A stretch of DNA of 64,000 bases, taken from NCBI RefSeq assembly GCF_006345805.1, contig NC_043000.1:151094001-151158000 (forward strand), written 5' to 3'. The DNA is from Octopus sinensis. Its lineage: Eukaryota. Below are positions 33,727-47,716 of this stretch, one piece after another (the first letter of the stretch is position 1; each line of letters starts with the position of its first letter). The notes under the pieces are model-generated. The model was not told the DNA's origin. It worked only from the letters and a program-made list of their open reading frames with translations, and did no database searches. The translations under genes and the position numbers were made by a program.

Positions 33727-36296
33727 TCAGGTCATCCCATAAGTTCTGTCCGAATTTTGGATAAAGAATCATAGTAATCAAATGTTATATTTAATTGAAA
33801 GTTAATCATCAATGTACTTTCCCTGATTATCCATGACTTACTTCCATCTATTTACAAGCTTTTTAATCCCATCAATGTAAAACTCTTTTGGTTTCAAAGC
33901 GAAGAACTCTGAAATGTCAGGTTCGACCTCCTCCTGGCTTGCGAAATGTGTGTACCCCTAATAATTCCGTGAACTATGAAACAAATGGTATCCTGAAGGA
34001 GTAAGGTCGGGAGAATAAGTTGGATGAAGAAATTTTTCCAAACCGACCTCTTCGATCTTCTGTGATGTGATCTTTGCAGTGTGGGGTTGCGCATTGTCCT
34101 GATGAAACATCACTCGTTTTCGACTCACTAAAGCGGCTCTTTTTTCCTTCAAAGCTTGGTTCAAACGCTCTAATTGCTGACAGTAGACCTGAGCATTAAT
34201 TGTTGCATTAGGTGGTAACAATATAAAGTAAATTACGCCTTTGCAATCGCACCAGATTGAGTAGAACCTTTTTCCCATGAAGTTCCCTTCTTGGTTGTGA
34301 TTGAGCATTTTCCCTTTTACCAAGCCACTGTTTACGACGTTTAACATTTCGATAGAAAATCCATTTTTCGTCACAAGTCTATCGAAAGGGTGAAATGAGT
34401 TTGCGAGAATGGAGAGAAGAGCAGATCTTAACTCGGGATTTGCGGTTGCTTTTGGACAATACATGAGGCACCTATTTTCCAAGTTTAGGAATCTTTCCAC
34501 GTTGTTGAAGATGACGATGAACTGTTGTATGGTTTGAAGTAAGCTTTATTGCCAGTTCTTCAACTGATAATGACGGATTTTCTTCAAGTAATGCCTCAAG
34601 GAGCTTATCATCAAACTCAACTGGACATCCTATTCGATCTTCATCTTCAATTTTGCAAACGATCTCCTGCAAGTTCTTTCATTTAAGCACTTTCCCATAA
34701 ACTGAGTGTATGTTTCGAGTCACTTCGGCTGCAGAGTTACCTTTATTGTACTCATAAAGAATTATATGCGCCTTAAATGCTCCTTGGATTCTTCCATGTT
34801 GAATGGGTTTTAATCAAAGCAATTTTTGGGTGTCCACGAAGTCTGGGTACATGGAATAAAATCATAACATAAACAAATATAAGAAATAATTTCCTTTTTT
34901 ACTTTTGTTTAAATTAAATAAAAAAAATACTTTACTTTTCTAAATTTATTTGTTATTTTTTCTACAGATAATCGAATGATGGCTCTGTCTAAAAAAGAAA
35001 GAATCCCAGATCGAATGATGGATCTGTCTAAAGAAGAAAGAATCGAGTTAGTATTATTAAGTGGACGAAAGGGATGGTCTTATCGCAAAATTGCGGAAGA
35101 ATTTAATCTTCGACACCCTTATAGGTAACCTATTTTTTTTACTGCCGTCGGGAAATTGATCAAGAAATTTAAAGAAACAGGCAGAGTTTTGGATAAACCC
35201 CTTTCCGGGTGACCAAAGACTTCAGATGAAACGAAAGAAGCTGTCATAGCTAAAGTTTCTGCTAGCCCAAAGAAATCACTTCGTCAGACATCCACGGTGT
35301 TAGGTGTTCCAAAACCAACCATCCACAAAATGCTGGTTGAGGAAAAGTTTCATCGATACAACCTAAAAATATTGCATCACTTAAATGAAGACGACCCTGA
35401 TAGACGAATGTAGACGTGTGAATGGTTTTCAAATAAATTGGATGAAAATATCAATTTTACGAAAAACTTTGTTGTTCAGTGACAAAGCTACGTTTTATGT
35501 AAATGGTGAGGTCAACAGACAGAATCTTCTATACTGGTCTTCAGGTAATCCACATTGGATGGATCCATCCAAACAGCAAGGCCGCAAAAAGGTGATGGTG
35601 TCGTGTGGTTTGTGGAAAGCTCATGTTCTAGGACCCTTCTTCATTGAACATGTAACGGATGAGACTTATGTAAACATATTGAGAGACAAATTAATATCTC
35701 AAATTGACGCCTAGGCGAGGGCCTTCTGAATTGGTTTCAGCAGGATGGGGCCCATACCCATTTTGCCACAACTGTTAGAGATTGGCTTAATGACACTTTT
35801 CCTCACTGGATTGGAAGAAGGGCTAATATGGAAAGGTCCCCTCGTTCACCAGACCTTTCTCCCCATGATTTCTTTTTCTGGGGTATGTTGAAAGAGAATG
35901 ATTACAATAAAGATTACAGATTACACATGAGAGAACGCATTACCAGTCAGTGTGTTGAAATTGATGGCAATGTATATTTATTTAATCAAGTTCACCTGAA
36001 TTTTGCAAGGCGCATCAAGTTATGCATTGAAAAATGATGGAAATCACTTTGAAAATATTATTTATTAACATTATAATTAAATAAAATTGTTTTGTTTTAA
36101 AAGTATGTGTTAATCCCCATGTACGCAGACTTTGTGGACACCCTCTATTATTTTGTAAAACAATATTGAATTAGTTTAAACGTACACAAATGCATAAAAA
36201 TAATTTTTAATTGAATGAGACATTTGCAAATACTATTAAATTTCATTCAAATCTAAAAAACAGGTAAAATTGGACAGAACTGACTGGATGACTTAA
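33727..36296 (-). mobile_element. Degenerate DD34D-type mariner, split by a nested element
   Basis: TIRs tcaggtcatcccataagttctgtcc (33727) and ggacagaactgactggatgacttaa|TA (36296). Transposase relics on minus ~34770-33850: LYEYNKGNSAAE, IEDEDRIGCPVEFD, FHQDNA, YSPDLTPSGYHLF. Confidence 0.85.
34828..36146 (+). mobile_element. Degenerate IS630-Tc1-mariner element, rosa-like (DD40-41D spacing), nested in the mariner 5' region
   Basis: TIRs gggtgtccacgaagtctgggtacatgg / ccatgtacgcagactttgtggacaccctc|TA. Relic ORF from ~35016 with stops: LFSDKATFYVNGEVNRQN, WFQQDGAHTH...(40 aa)...SPDLSPHDFFFWG. Confidence 0.85.
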
Positions 36297-36460
36297 TATA
36301 TATAATCTATGATATTCTAGTAAGTTTCAAGTTTATAACACCTTGATATCTCATTTTATATGCCTAAGACGTTTATTTTCTATTCTGGTTTTTATATATT
36401 TCTATACATTATATTTGCATCTATAATTTATTTTAAGCCGAAACATAATACGATACTTGT

Positions 36461-37296
36461 ACAAACGAAAGAAGAAGAACGGGGACGTTGTTTTAATTCC
36501 AATACATGGAAATGAAGACGTCAAAGATACGTATACCTAGGGTCTCACCTCAAGTCAACCCTATGTGATTGATGGAGGCAGTCCTGGCGAAAAAGAAGAT
36601 AATATAACACTCATTCAGGCTACCATCACAGAAAAGGCTTATTGGACCGGTCAAACGGTTCACCTCCCAATACAAGCAGAACCGTCAATTTTAGAACAGT
36701 TACAGGAGAAAATAGAAATTGGGGAGGAATTCCTTAACGTATTCGTCGAGGGCCGTAAGCCCCGATGTTTCCAGTGTGGCCAGCTGGGCCATATAAAAAA
36801 AACACTGTAGAAAGAATCCGATGAGGAAGTGGGGGAGGAGGGGAGAGAGAGAAACATACGAAAAGAAAGCAACTAATAACAAGAGAAAAACAGAAAGCTC
36901 AAATCAACAAAAACAGGTCGAACTAAGACCAAAAAAACCCCCAAAAAACTGCGAAAAGAGACAAACCAAAAATGAAGACTTAATGAGGGAAATAAAGCGA
37001 AAAGATCAGCCACGAGGATTGCAGAACTTTCTGATAAATATAAGAACTACGAGTTCAACTAAATGGATAAAAAGACTCATAATGTATTACTTAGAGCGTA
37101 TAGAAAGTCGGTGTCGATGATGAGATTGGATATTAATCAATGCATTTTTCAAGTCTTGTCACCTCCGACCCTATGTGAAGAAAAGGTGGAAAGTCCCTCT
37201 CCAGAGGACAACACGGATTAAATATGTAAATAATGTCTATTCATATTGGTTGTGTAAATGGTCGTGGCCTGATGTCTAACTGGAAGTAAGTGTTTC
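36461..37296 (+). pseudogene. Relic of a second Tx1-like LINE family: ORF1 centre/C-terminus plus first codons of ORF2
   Basis: ITLIQATITEKAYWTGQ...NVFVEGRKPRCFQCGQLGHIKKHC aligns with ORF1 at 28020 (ITILQATVEEEGFWQGQ...VFVEGRKPRCFGC). ATG at 37233 gives MSIHIGCVNGRGLMSNWK*, versus ORF2 MDYIYVGCLNVRGLGAGWKQ. Confidence 0.8.
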
Positions 37297-37530
37297 CTCT
37301 GGTCGCCGTAGCGTCGACTGTGGGTCGGTAGCTGTGTACAGTCGCCTCTACGTCGTCCAGAGTGAGCTCTGGTCGCCGTAGCGTCGACTGTGGGTCGGTA
37401 GCTGTGTACAGTCGCCCCAATGTCGCCCTCTGGTCGCCATAGCATCGACTGTGGGCTGGTAGCTGTGTACAGTCGCCCCAATGTCGCCCAGAGCGAGCTC
37501 TGGTTGCCATAGCGTCGACTGTGGGCTGGT
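37297..37530. repeat. GC-rich minisatellite, ~3.5 units of 61-70 bp
   Basis: Units start at 37297, 37367, 37428 and 37498 (ctctggtcgccRtagcRtcgactgtggg...). Confidence 0.9.
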
Positions 37531-38149
37531 ATGATGCTATAACAGAAGGCAGATGCCAAGTTACCACACAGTGGGACTGAACTGAGGACCAAGTGTTTTG
37601 GAACCAAGTTTGTTACCACACAGCCACACCTGCACCTGTGTGTGTGTGTGTGTGTGTTTATGTGGGTGGGTGGGTGTATCTGTATGGGTGTATATATGTA
37701 TGCATGTATATATGTGTACATATTACATGTACCTCTATATATACATCTAGACATACATGTTTACATATACATGTATATCTATAGAAATACATCTACAAAT
37801 GTGATTACAATAGCCAAACAGTAATAATAATAACAACAAACCTTTCTAATTTATTCCCATTTATGTGAAACCACTTATTCAAGTTCAAGTCATTGATGCA
37901 ATTTTATACGAATTGCTAATACACACACACACACCACACACACACACACAATAAGGGTGAAAACTTGAATATTAATTTGATTAATATGAATTGAAAACCA
38001 GTGATGTAGCATATAAGACCATAGCGGATCTTCTTCTAGCAAAATGGATGACCACTGTTAATGGTTCATCCCTGTTATATAATACTTTCACTTTAATAGT
38101 TTCAGTATTAAAGTGAATGTCCTCATTGCAATAGAGAGTTATTTTTGTT

Positions 38150-38348
38150 TCACTTTTACCACGTAATACTGAAATAGTGGAGAAGATATGATATTGCTGT
38201 GGGGTCTCCCTTGGAAAAAAGTAAAAAAATTTTGCCGATGACACTCCCCGGACTTTAAGTAAGGCATGTGTAAAATTTGAATGAAATTAGTTGTGTAGTT
38301 CTCAAGTTTTAGGGAAACACACAGACAGACCGACAGACACACATTTTC

Positions 38349-38365
<17 letters not shown>
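38150..38365. repeat. Possible non-autonomous Helitron-like fragment with (GACA) tract
   Basis: aaatttgaatgaaattagttgtgtagttctcaagtttt...cagacagaccgacagacacacattttcaattttatata resembles the ends of GACA-bearing invertebrate Helitrons; pattern recall only. Confidence 0.3.
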
Positions 38366-38399
<34 letters not shown>

Positions 38400-38694
38400 T
38401 AAAAATTAAGGGTAAAAATTGATATTAGTCAATTAAAACCAGTGGTCTAGCATATTAAAAAGAATCCGAAGATTAAAATATTTATATATACCAATTAAGG
38501 ACTGAATGGCGATTTGACGTCTATATCTAGCATGTTGACTGTCCACTTTTTCGTGTTCAGTCCTTAATTGGTATATATATATATATATATATAATATATA
38601 TATATATAAGATACTGAGTTTATGCATCCAGTCTTTTATCATACAAACTGCATTATCGAATTTGTCCATCTTTTTATCAGACATTATTTTTCGA

Positions 38695-38728
<34 letters not shown>

Positions 38729-39712
38729 GATGGTTATGATTGTGATAATGATGATGATGTCTTATCTGCCATAGAATCTTAAAAAGAAATTATAATATAA
38801 TCAATTCAAATATTATAAATTTATGCTATTATTATGGTTATGATAAACTTTATGTTATTATTATGAATAATCTAATATCGGAGCCGTTATTGCATTCCTG
38901 ATATGAACATCCGTACCGTCCTACTCGGTGTTAAAGTCAACACATATAGCTTATTGTTGTTGTTGTTGTTGTTGTTTAATTCCATGTTTGTTCTGATCAA
39001 CTAAACCTATGATTAAAAGCTCTCCAGCCCTGAGTACCTCACCTTTCTTTCGGACATACTGTACAACTAACTGCATCAGCCAATGCTTTCTTTCAAGTTC
39101 TTTTTATTCTCTTTTTAAGGCAATAGAGACTGATTTGTATTAGATTTGGCTGCAGGTCAAAGCGACAACCTAGGTAAACCAGAAAGGTTGTAAAAAAACA
39201 CATGTGGTAAAAAGAAAGGAATATTTTGGTTTCGAAAAAAATAATTTTCGGGCGATATATAAAAAAGTGCATTGGGGAAATGAGAGGTGTGAATGACTTT
39301 AATTAAAAAGAAACAAAAACAACACATTTATCTAAAAAAAAAAAAGGGACTCACACGAGGGACTCGCTCTGCCGACAAACTAGCTAGACTTTGGCCCCAG
39401 GAACTTGCAAATATGACTGCTTACACACAGACAACATCAGCATCAGTCAGAGCTTCTGATTTTGTTCGCTTATCCAGCTCAAGTTAACACTTCTTATCCA
39501 CTTCTCATGAAATTTTCCTCTGAGCAAAATCAGTCTCTGTACTTTCATGTACCTCTTGAAGTAAAACTCGAAAAATTCAATAGGAATTATATCGTAGTTC
39601 CAACGATCAGGTCTGTTTGAAGATGCTTAAGTAATGAGGATTCAAACATCTGAGACAACAACACGTCTAAACATATGTTCTGCAATCAACGTCTTAAAGC
39701 TGACGTTTCTTA

Positions 39713-39767
<55 letters not shown>

Positions 39768-39877
39768 TAATAATGATGATAATAATGATGATAATAATGA
39801 TGATAATAATGATGATAATAATGATAATAATAATAATAATAATAATGATAATAATAATGATAATAATGATGATGATG

Positions 39878-39935
<58 letters not shown>

Positions 39936-39950
39936 TAATAATAATAATAC
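39713..39950. repeat. (AAT)n/(GAT)n microsatellite
   Basis: Directly visible. Confidence 0.95.
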
Positions 39951-40034
39951 AAATTAAATCATACATTTTGTTATTCTCTCAATACTACTCATCATATTAC
40001 TGTGAAAACCATACTCATGTACATCGAGTATATA

Positions 40035-40078
<44 letters not shown>

Positions 40079-40200
40079 GTAAAATCTATTTGCTAACGTA
40101 TAGTGGCAGTCCTGCTTCGGATGATGTTACTACTGTTTAGCCCCAGGAAATATATATGTATCCGTATATACATGCCTGTATACACACACACACACACACA

Positions 40201-40262
<62 letters not shown>

Positions 40263-41919
40263 ATTAAGATAAAACTTACTTGGAAAAGGATGCGTGGCGG
40301 TCGATCATATAATAATATAAATAATACATAAATATATGCACGTATACATATATATATGTATATGTATATATACATGCATATATGGGTAGAGGACATCAAA
40401 AAATGTTAAACAGAATGAGAAACGAAAACAAAAAAAAATGAAAACATAGAAAACGAACTTTGTTTTCGAACAACGAAAAAGACAAACAGAGAAACGAATC
40501 ATGCAACATAAAGAATATTCCTCTTCTTCAGTTGTCCCTGTTTCATCTACTCTGCAGTCCGAAGGTAAGGACAATACGGGACCTCGTTGAAACTGTCCTT
40601 CCCGCAAAGCAAATGAAATAAAATTTGGGATTTTTTGCGGACGGTGAAAGTGGTGACAAGAACAGGGCAGTGAGAAAAAGACAGTAAAAACAAACGGTTT
40701 TTTTATCGTCTTGGCTCAGCAGCACTCAACTAGTAGAGGTCTAACATTAATCGAAGTTTCTAAAGTTTGTTAGTTGGATAGAATTTCTGAATGAAGCAGA
40801 TGGCTTTTTTTTTTAGCTGTTTCTTTCTTTTTTTTGTTTGTTTCTTTTACCTTTTCTTTTTCAAACAGTTGCCACGTATTCTAATTCATTGTAATTTTTT
40901 TTTATAGCAAAACGTTTGTGTAGCAATTACTAATTCCAAAATTTAAATGTAGTTGATTTTATTCGTTAACTGTGTAGAATAGGTGTGAGGTCAAGCAAAA
41001 ACCTTTCTAGTTATAGTTTTATGTCGTGTCACAAAATTAACGAAACATCATCTCATATGGTATCATATAGCACAGTGCTTCAGTCGTAAAGTTACACCAA
41101 ATAAAGAAGAAAACAAATTTACACTTCAACAAATTATACATGGCTGGACTTATAATGCAGGGAACACATTACACAGCATACAATTGCTTACCAGATGGTT
41201 GCAGCATCGTTTGGCTGTAGTGGAGGACTACCAGATGGTTGTAACATAATTTTGATGTAGTGCAATGTCATAAAAATGTGTTAGCGAAATGTTAATAAAC
41301 CTCTACAGACAATATTTATTTAGTTGTTTTTGGTTTTGGATTTACATTTTTGTTTTGTTTTTGTTTTTGTTTTTGTTTTGTGAAGCATCTTCTTTTAAAG
41401 GGGTTGTTGGTAACAACAGATATCAAATATCATTCTAATACAGGAGATAACAGATAAATGTGTTGTGAAATAATTGACAGCAATTCATGTGTCAAGCGAT
41501 ACATTTGCCACATAATCAACGACATGAGAATAAACTCGATATGGTACATTTATGATGAATTTGGAAAATGAGAGAAAGAGAAAGAGAGAGCGAGAGGAGG
41601 GACGGAGGAAGAGAGAGTGGGAGAAAGTGGTGAAGAAGAAGAAGAAGAAGAGAGAAATGGAGGGAGGATATTAAAGAAATGAAAGAAATAAAAGGACTCT
41701 GAAGGTGTTATTGCTTTATGTATTCATAAAGCATTAATCGTGAAGGAGTGTAAATTAGAAAGTAAAATTAAAGAAACAGCATATCAAATGTGTTTTGAGT
41801 GATAAATATCTACGAGGTTTGGAATTCATATTTTACTTGATATATATTTTATTTGTAAAATAAATTGCTAAATGAGTGGTCGATACTTTTTACTTACAAA
41901 CACACATTCTTTTATCATA

Positions 41920-42139
41920 TACTCTTTTACTCTTTTACTTGTTTCAGTCAGTTGACTGCTACCATGCTGGAGCACCGCTTTTAGTCGAGCAACTCGACCC
42001 CGGGACTTATTCTTTGTAAGCCCAGTACTTATCCTATCGGTCTCTTTTGCCGAACCGCTAAGTGACGGGGACATAAACACACCAGCATCGGTTGTCAAGC
42101 AATGCTAGGGGGACAAACACAGACACACAAACACACACA

Positions 42140-42174
<35 letters not shown>

Positions 42175-42322
42175 GACGGGCTTCTTTCAGTTTCCGTCTA
42201 CCAAATCCACTCACAAGGCTTTGGTCAGCCCGAGGCTATAGTAGAAGACACTTGCCCAAGGTGCCACGCAGTGGGACTGAACCCGGAACCATGTGGTTGG
42301 TAAACAAGCTACTTACCACACA
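41920..42322 (-). mobile_element. S2 SINE (head slightly truncated)
   Basis: Matches other S2 copies. Confidence 0.85.
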
Positions 42323-42602
42323 GTTCAATATATATATATATCATATATATCTATCATATATATATTTCATATATATAAGAGAGAATAGCCGAGGATAAGC
42401 GTATTAAAAAAAATTTACTGCCAAGAAATTTACTCTAACAAATAGAATATTTGGCAATCGGCGGAATCACTGTAACATTTTGTAATTCCACACCAAAAGC
42501 AGTGTCTGAATTCCAGGCAAATTCAATAAACTTGGCTGTAATATCAGTTTCTTCAAAATATTGTTTTACCTATTCCAAGAATACACACACACACACACAC
42601 CA

Positions 42603-42647
<45 letters not shown>

Positions 42648-42674
42648 CACACACACACATGTATGTATATATAT

Positions 42675-42903
42675 TTCTTTACTACCCACAAGGGGCTAAA
42701 CATAGAGAGGACAAACAAGGACAGACAAACAGATTAAGTCGATTACATCGACCGCAGTGCGAAAGTGGTACTTTATTTATCGACCCCGAAAGGATGAAAG
42801 GCAAAGTCGACCTCGGCGGAATTTGAACTCAGAACGTAACGACAGATGAAATACCGCTATGCATTTCGTCCGGCGCGCTAACATTTCTGCCAGCTCGCCG
42901 CCT
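42675..42903 (-). mobile_element. Full-length S1-A SINE
   Basis: catgtatgtatatat repeated on both flanks. Confidence 0.85.
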
Positions 42904-43879
42904 TACATGTATGTATATATGTGTGTAGATGTGTGAGTATGTGTCGGTCTGTGTGTGTGTGTGTGCGCGCGCGACCGAAAAATGAATATGGGAGTCACGT
43001 AATACCTTACGTACGTTTCATGTGCAAAAATGAGCACACAGAATGCCTAAAATCACTAATGAAAATACCGAAATGGAAATTTTCCGAAATATTTGAACAT
43101 TTGAACATTTGAGACTAACAGCTCTAGAATACTGTAGAAAAATAATCATCATTTTATCTTATTTTATTGTAAATCTACTAACACTATCATTTTACTTTAT
43201 TCTTACTCTTCCTCAAACCGCACGAAGATAACATTTCTACTTTCCCCATTATTTTTCTTTTTTTTTTTACGTAATGTAGTCCTAATGTCTACACTGAAGA
43301 TTCACATTATACTGAAACGGCCTGTCGGCAGATTTAGAGGTGACTGAATATATTAGATATATCAGAAGAAATACATTGCCTTGATTTATTGTTTACTTTC
43401 CTGTAAGAACTTAACAGAAATCCTATTTTTTCATGTGCTACACTCTTGTATATAATTTGAATGAACTATGCGCGTGTATGTGTTCTTGTGTGTGGGGGTA
43501 CGCATGCGCGATTTCGCAGTTATGACTGTATGGTTAAAAAAGTTCGTTTTACCTACATGTGATTTGGGTTCCACTCCGTCATATCTTGAGTAAGGCTCTT
43601 CTACTAAAGCCTCGGACTGACTAATGCCTTTTAAGTATAATAAGTAAATGAAAACTATACAAAATCTACCTTGAGAGGCTCTAGTCGATCATATCCCTCT
43701 CAACACTTATTCTTAAGTGTAGCCTGTCTTACTGATATCTACTTGCTGATCCACTAATTGAAAGGAAACGAAAAAGTTAAAGGATACAAAAAAATACATC
43801 GTTAATCGGGCAGTGTTAACAGTAAGATATACATAGAAAGCCATACATATATACATGCACACACACCCACACATACACA

Positions 43880-43924
<45 letters not shown>

Positions 43925-44058
43925 CTCCCCCCACACATATTAAGGTTGATAGAGACTTCGAAGTGCTGACTAGCGCGCCCTCATCAAACTGAGGACGAGC
44001 CTTACCTTGTAAACGATATTTTCTCTACTCAAAATTATTAAGTTATACATTGAGTTAT

Positions 44059-44472
44059 ACGCAGGAGTGGCTGTGTGGTAAGTAGCTTGCTAACCAACCA
44101 CATGGTTCCGGGTTCAGTCCCACTGCGTGGCATCTTGGGCAAGTGTCTTCTGCTATAGCCCCGGGCCGACCAATGCCTTGTGAGAGGATTTGGTAGACGG
44201 AAACTGAAAGAAGCCTGTCGTATATATGTATATATATATATAAATATATGTGTGTGTATTTGTGTGTCTGTGTTTGTCCCCCTAGCATTGCTTGACAACC
44301 GATGCTGGTGTGTTTATGTCCCCGTCACTTAGCGGTTCGGCAAAAGAGACTGATAGAATAAGTACTGGGCTTACAAAGAATAAGTCCCGGGGTCGAGTTG
44401 CTCGACTAAAGGCGGTGCTCCAGCATGGCCGCAGTCAAATGACTGAAACAAGTAAAAGAAAGAAAAGAGAAA
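44059..44472 (+). mobile_element. S2 SINE
   Basis: Full-length match to family. Confidence 0.85.
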
Positions 44473-44964
44473 GAGATTGGTTTAATGTTAAAATGGTTTT
44501 AACATTTAAGCCCCGCTTTCCCGGGAATTCCCGGGTACGTCGGCTAGTATCATAATAACGGCAACATTTCTGACCATTTGACTTTATAACATTCGATACA
44601 AACTGATACAGTAACACCGATTAGTATAATAGTCACGATCAGTTCTCTTAGTTTCTACTGGATTAAGAGGATGACGTGGAGGGATAATCTCCCAGTGAAC
44701 CAAATTTAAGACTAGGCTTTTATTCACTGTTAGAGTAACAACTTTTATTTCTTTTACTTGCTTCAATCTGTGGACTGTGTCCATGCTGGGGTACCGCCTT
44801 GAAGGATTAGTCGAACAAATCGACACTAGGACTTATTTTTAAGGCTGGTACTTATTCCCTCGCCAATTTTTGTCGAACCGCTAGCTTACGGGAGCTAAAG
44901 AAACCAACACCGGTTGTCAAGTGATGTTGGAGGCACAAATACATACAAATACACACAAATAAAC

Positions 44965-45021
<57 letters not shown>

Positions 45022-45879
45022 TGATGGACTTCCATACAGTTTCCATTGCCCAAATCCACTCACAAAATTTTTAATATATACAGGAAAAGCATGAATATCA
45101 CATCATCTCATTTTGTTGTTCTTAAAATGCTTAAACTTCCCGTATTCCTTTAAAATGTAATAAACAGAATGATAAGCGACTAATCTTCTCTGGGACAGAT
45201 ATCTACTCTATCTCACATAAATCTATCAGCCACACGAGAAGATATTTCTCAGCGAAACCAAAGCAACTAAAGTAGAGCGCTTCACTTTCAAGAACACAGT
45301 TTAACACCTGCATTAGAACACGAAGAGTCTTGAACCATGTTACCCGACATTCACGATAAGATGTCATGCATCAGCACCTAACACACTTGGCCTCTATATA
45401 TCTTTTCTCCCAAATATATAAAGCATGCGTTTCTCTCATTTCTCGAGTGTCCATTAGATGTTCTTCAAGTTGAAGTACTTGTAAAACTATAACAAGGGAA
45501 GAAGAAATAAATACAAGGGCCAAAAACTATTATGTCAACATTGTAAGAGTTAAATTATTTACCTTTGAAGCAAGGAAATCAAACGGAAGTTAGTTGGCAT
45601 CACATACTTCATCATACTAGCACCCGTCTATCCCTCTTCAGAGGCAAGAGACAATATGAGATGTAAGCTCTATAAAAGCGAAGAAAATCCATATATATGC
45701 GGGTAGATAAATGATCGATACAAACCTCGAACCTTATGCGTGACGCAAGGTCAGTAAGTGGAGAGGGAAAACAAAAACGATGTTCAAACATGCGTTGGAC
45801 AGGAAAATAGGAAAATAATGATGATAAAAATGATGATGATGATGGTCAGGATAATGATGACCAAAACCATGACAACAAC

Positions 45880-45889
45880 GGCAATAATG

Positions 45890-45949
<60 letters not shown>

Positions 45950-46155
45950 CACGTTGTTTCTAATAACAACAATAACAACAACAACAACAATAATAATAGC
46001 CATTATTTTTATTGTTATTGTTGTTATTATTATCTTATTATCATCATTATTGTTGTTCTTGCAGTTTTTATTACTATTTGTCATTATTTATCATCATCAT
46101 CATCATCATCATCATTATCAACATCATCATCATCATCATTATTATTATTATTATT

Positions 46156-46198
<43 letters not shown>

Positions 46199-46199
46199 A

Positions 46200-46234
<35 letters not shown>

Positions 46235-46259
46235 CCATCATCATCATTATTATTTGTCA

Positions 46260-46296
<37 letters not shown>

Positions 46297-46331
46297 TATT
46301 ATTATTATATTATTATTATTTATTATTATTA

Positions 46332-46410
<79 letters not shown>
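45880..46410. repeat. (AAT)/(CAT)/(ATT) compound microsatellite
   Basis: Directly visible. Confidence 0.95.
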
Positions 46411-46412
<2 letters not shown>

Positions 46413-46831
46413 CGTATTTCATATAACTATTACTCACGAAACAGATTGTTTAAATCAAATAGACTCACACATGAACGAACCGAACTTTTGAAAAATATAA
46501 AAAAAGAAGAAAAAAAAGAAGAAAGAAAAAAGAAAAAAGAAATACGTGACGAATCTTTTAATAGAAAGTTAAGCGACATAAAAAAAATATATACCAACAT
46601 TATTTAAAGGGAAAAAAAAGAAGAAGAAAGAAAACAAAAACAAAGCAAAGCCACTACATCGATAGATTAATCGATCAGCAATATAAACACAAATGGTGGT
46701 GTCAGGATATCGAGTGAATTTCGGAGAGAAAGTTCATTGTGATTATACGATATAAAACTGATATAACTTGGGGTGCAGAAGCGATGTCGTCGCAGTGTAT
46801 TTACCCGTATCTTTCTATTTTATCTTTTATT

Positions 46832-47056
46832 CGTTTTCAGTCATTTGACTGCGGCCATGCTGGAGCACCGCCTTTTTAGTCGAGCAAATCGACCCCCGGG
46901 ACTTATTCTTTTTTGTAAGCCCAGTACTTATTCTATCGGTCTCTTTTGCCGAACCGCTACGTGACGGGGACATAAACACACCAGCATCGGTTGTCAAGCA
47001 ATGCTTGGGGGACAAACACAGACACACAAACATATACACACACACACACACATATA

Positions 47057-47138
<82 letters not shown>

Positions 47139-47301
47139 TACGACAGACTTCTTTCAGTTTCCGTCTACCAAATCCACTCACAAGGCATTGGTCGGCCCGA
47201 GGCTATAGTAGAAGACACTTACCCAAGGTGCCACGTAGTGGGACTGAACCCGGAACCATGTGGTTGGTTAGCCAGCTACTTACCACACAGCCACTCCTGC
47301 G
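46832..47301 (-). mobile_element. S2 SINE (followed by an older diverged S2 at ~47320-47715)
   Basis: Family match; tattta(c)ccgtatcttt repeated at both flanks. Confidence 0.8.
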
Positions 47302-47716
47302 CTTATTTACCGTATCTTTATATTTTATCTTTTATTTGTTTCAGTCATTTGACTACGGCCATGCTGGAGCACCACCTCAAAGAATTTCTGAGGACGAACT
47401 GACTGCAGTACTTGTTTTTTTTTTCAAAAGGTAATACTTGTTCTATCAGTCTTTTTTGCCGAACCGCTAAGCAAACACACGAACACCGGTTGTCAAGTCA
47501 AGTGGTGCGTGGGGGCAAACACATGTACAAACACACTCACGCATACACACATGCACACAAGCACGCCCCCACCACACACACATACATAGGACGGTACCTC
47601 AACTAAATCCACTCATAAGACTGTTGCCAACTCGAGGCTTTAGTCGAAGACACTTGCCCAAGGTACCACGCAAAGGGACGGAACCCAGAGTAGATGTGGT
47701 TGGAAAGCAAACTTCT

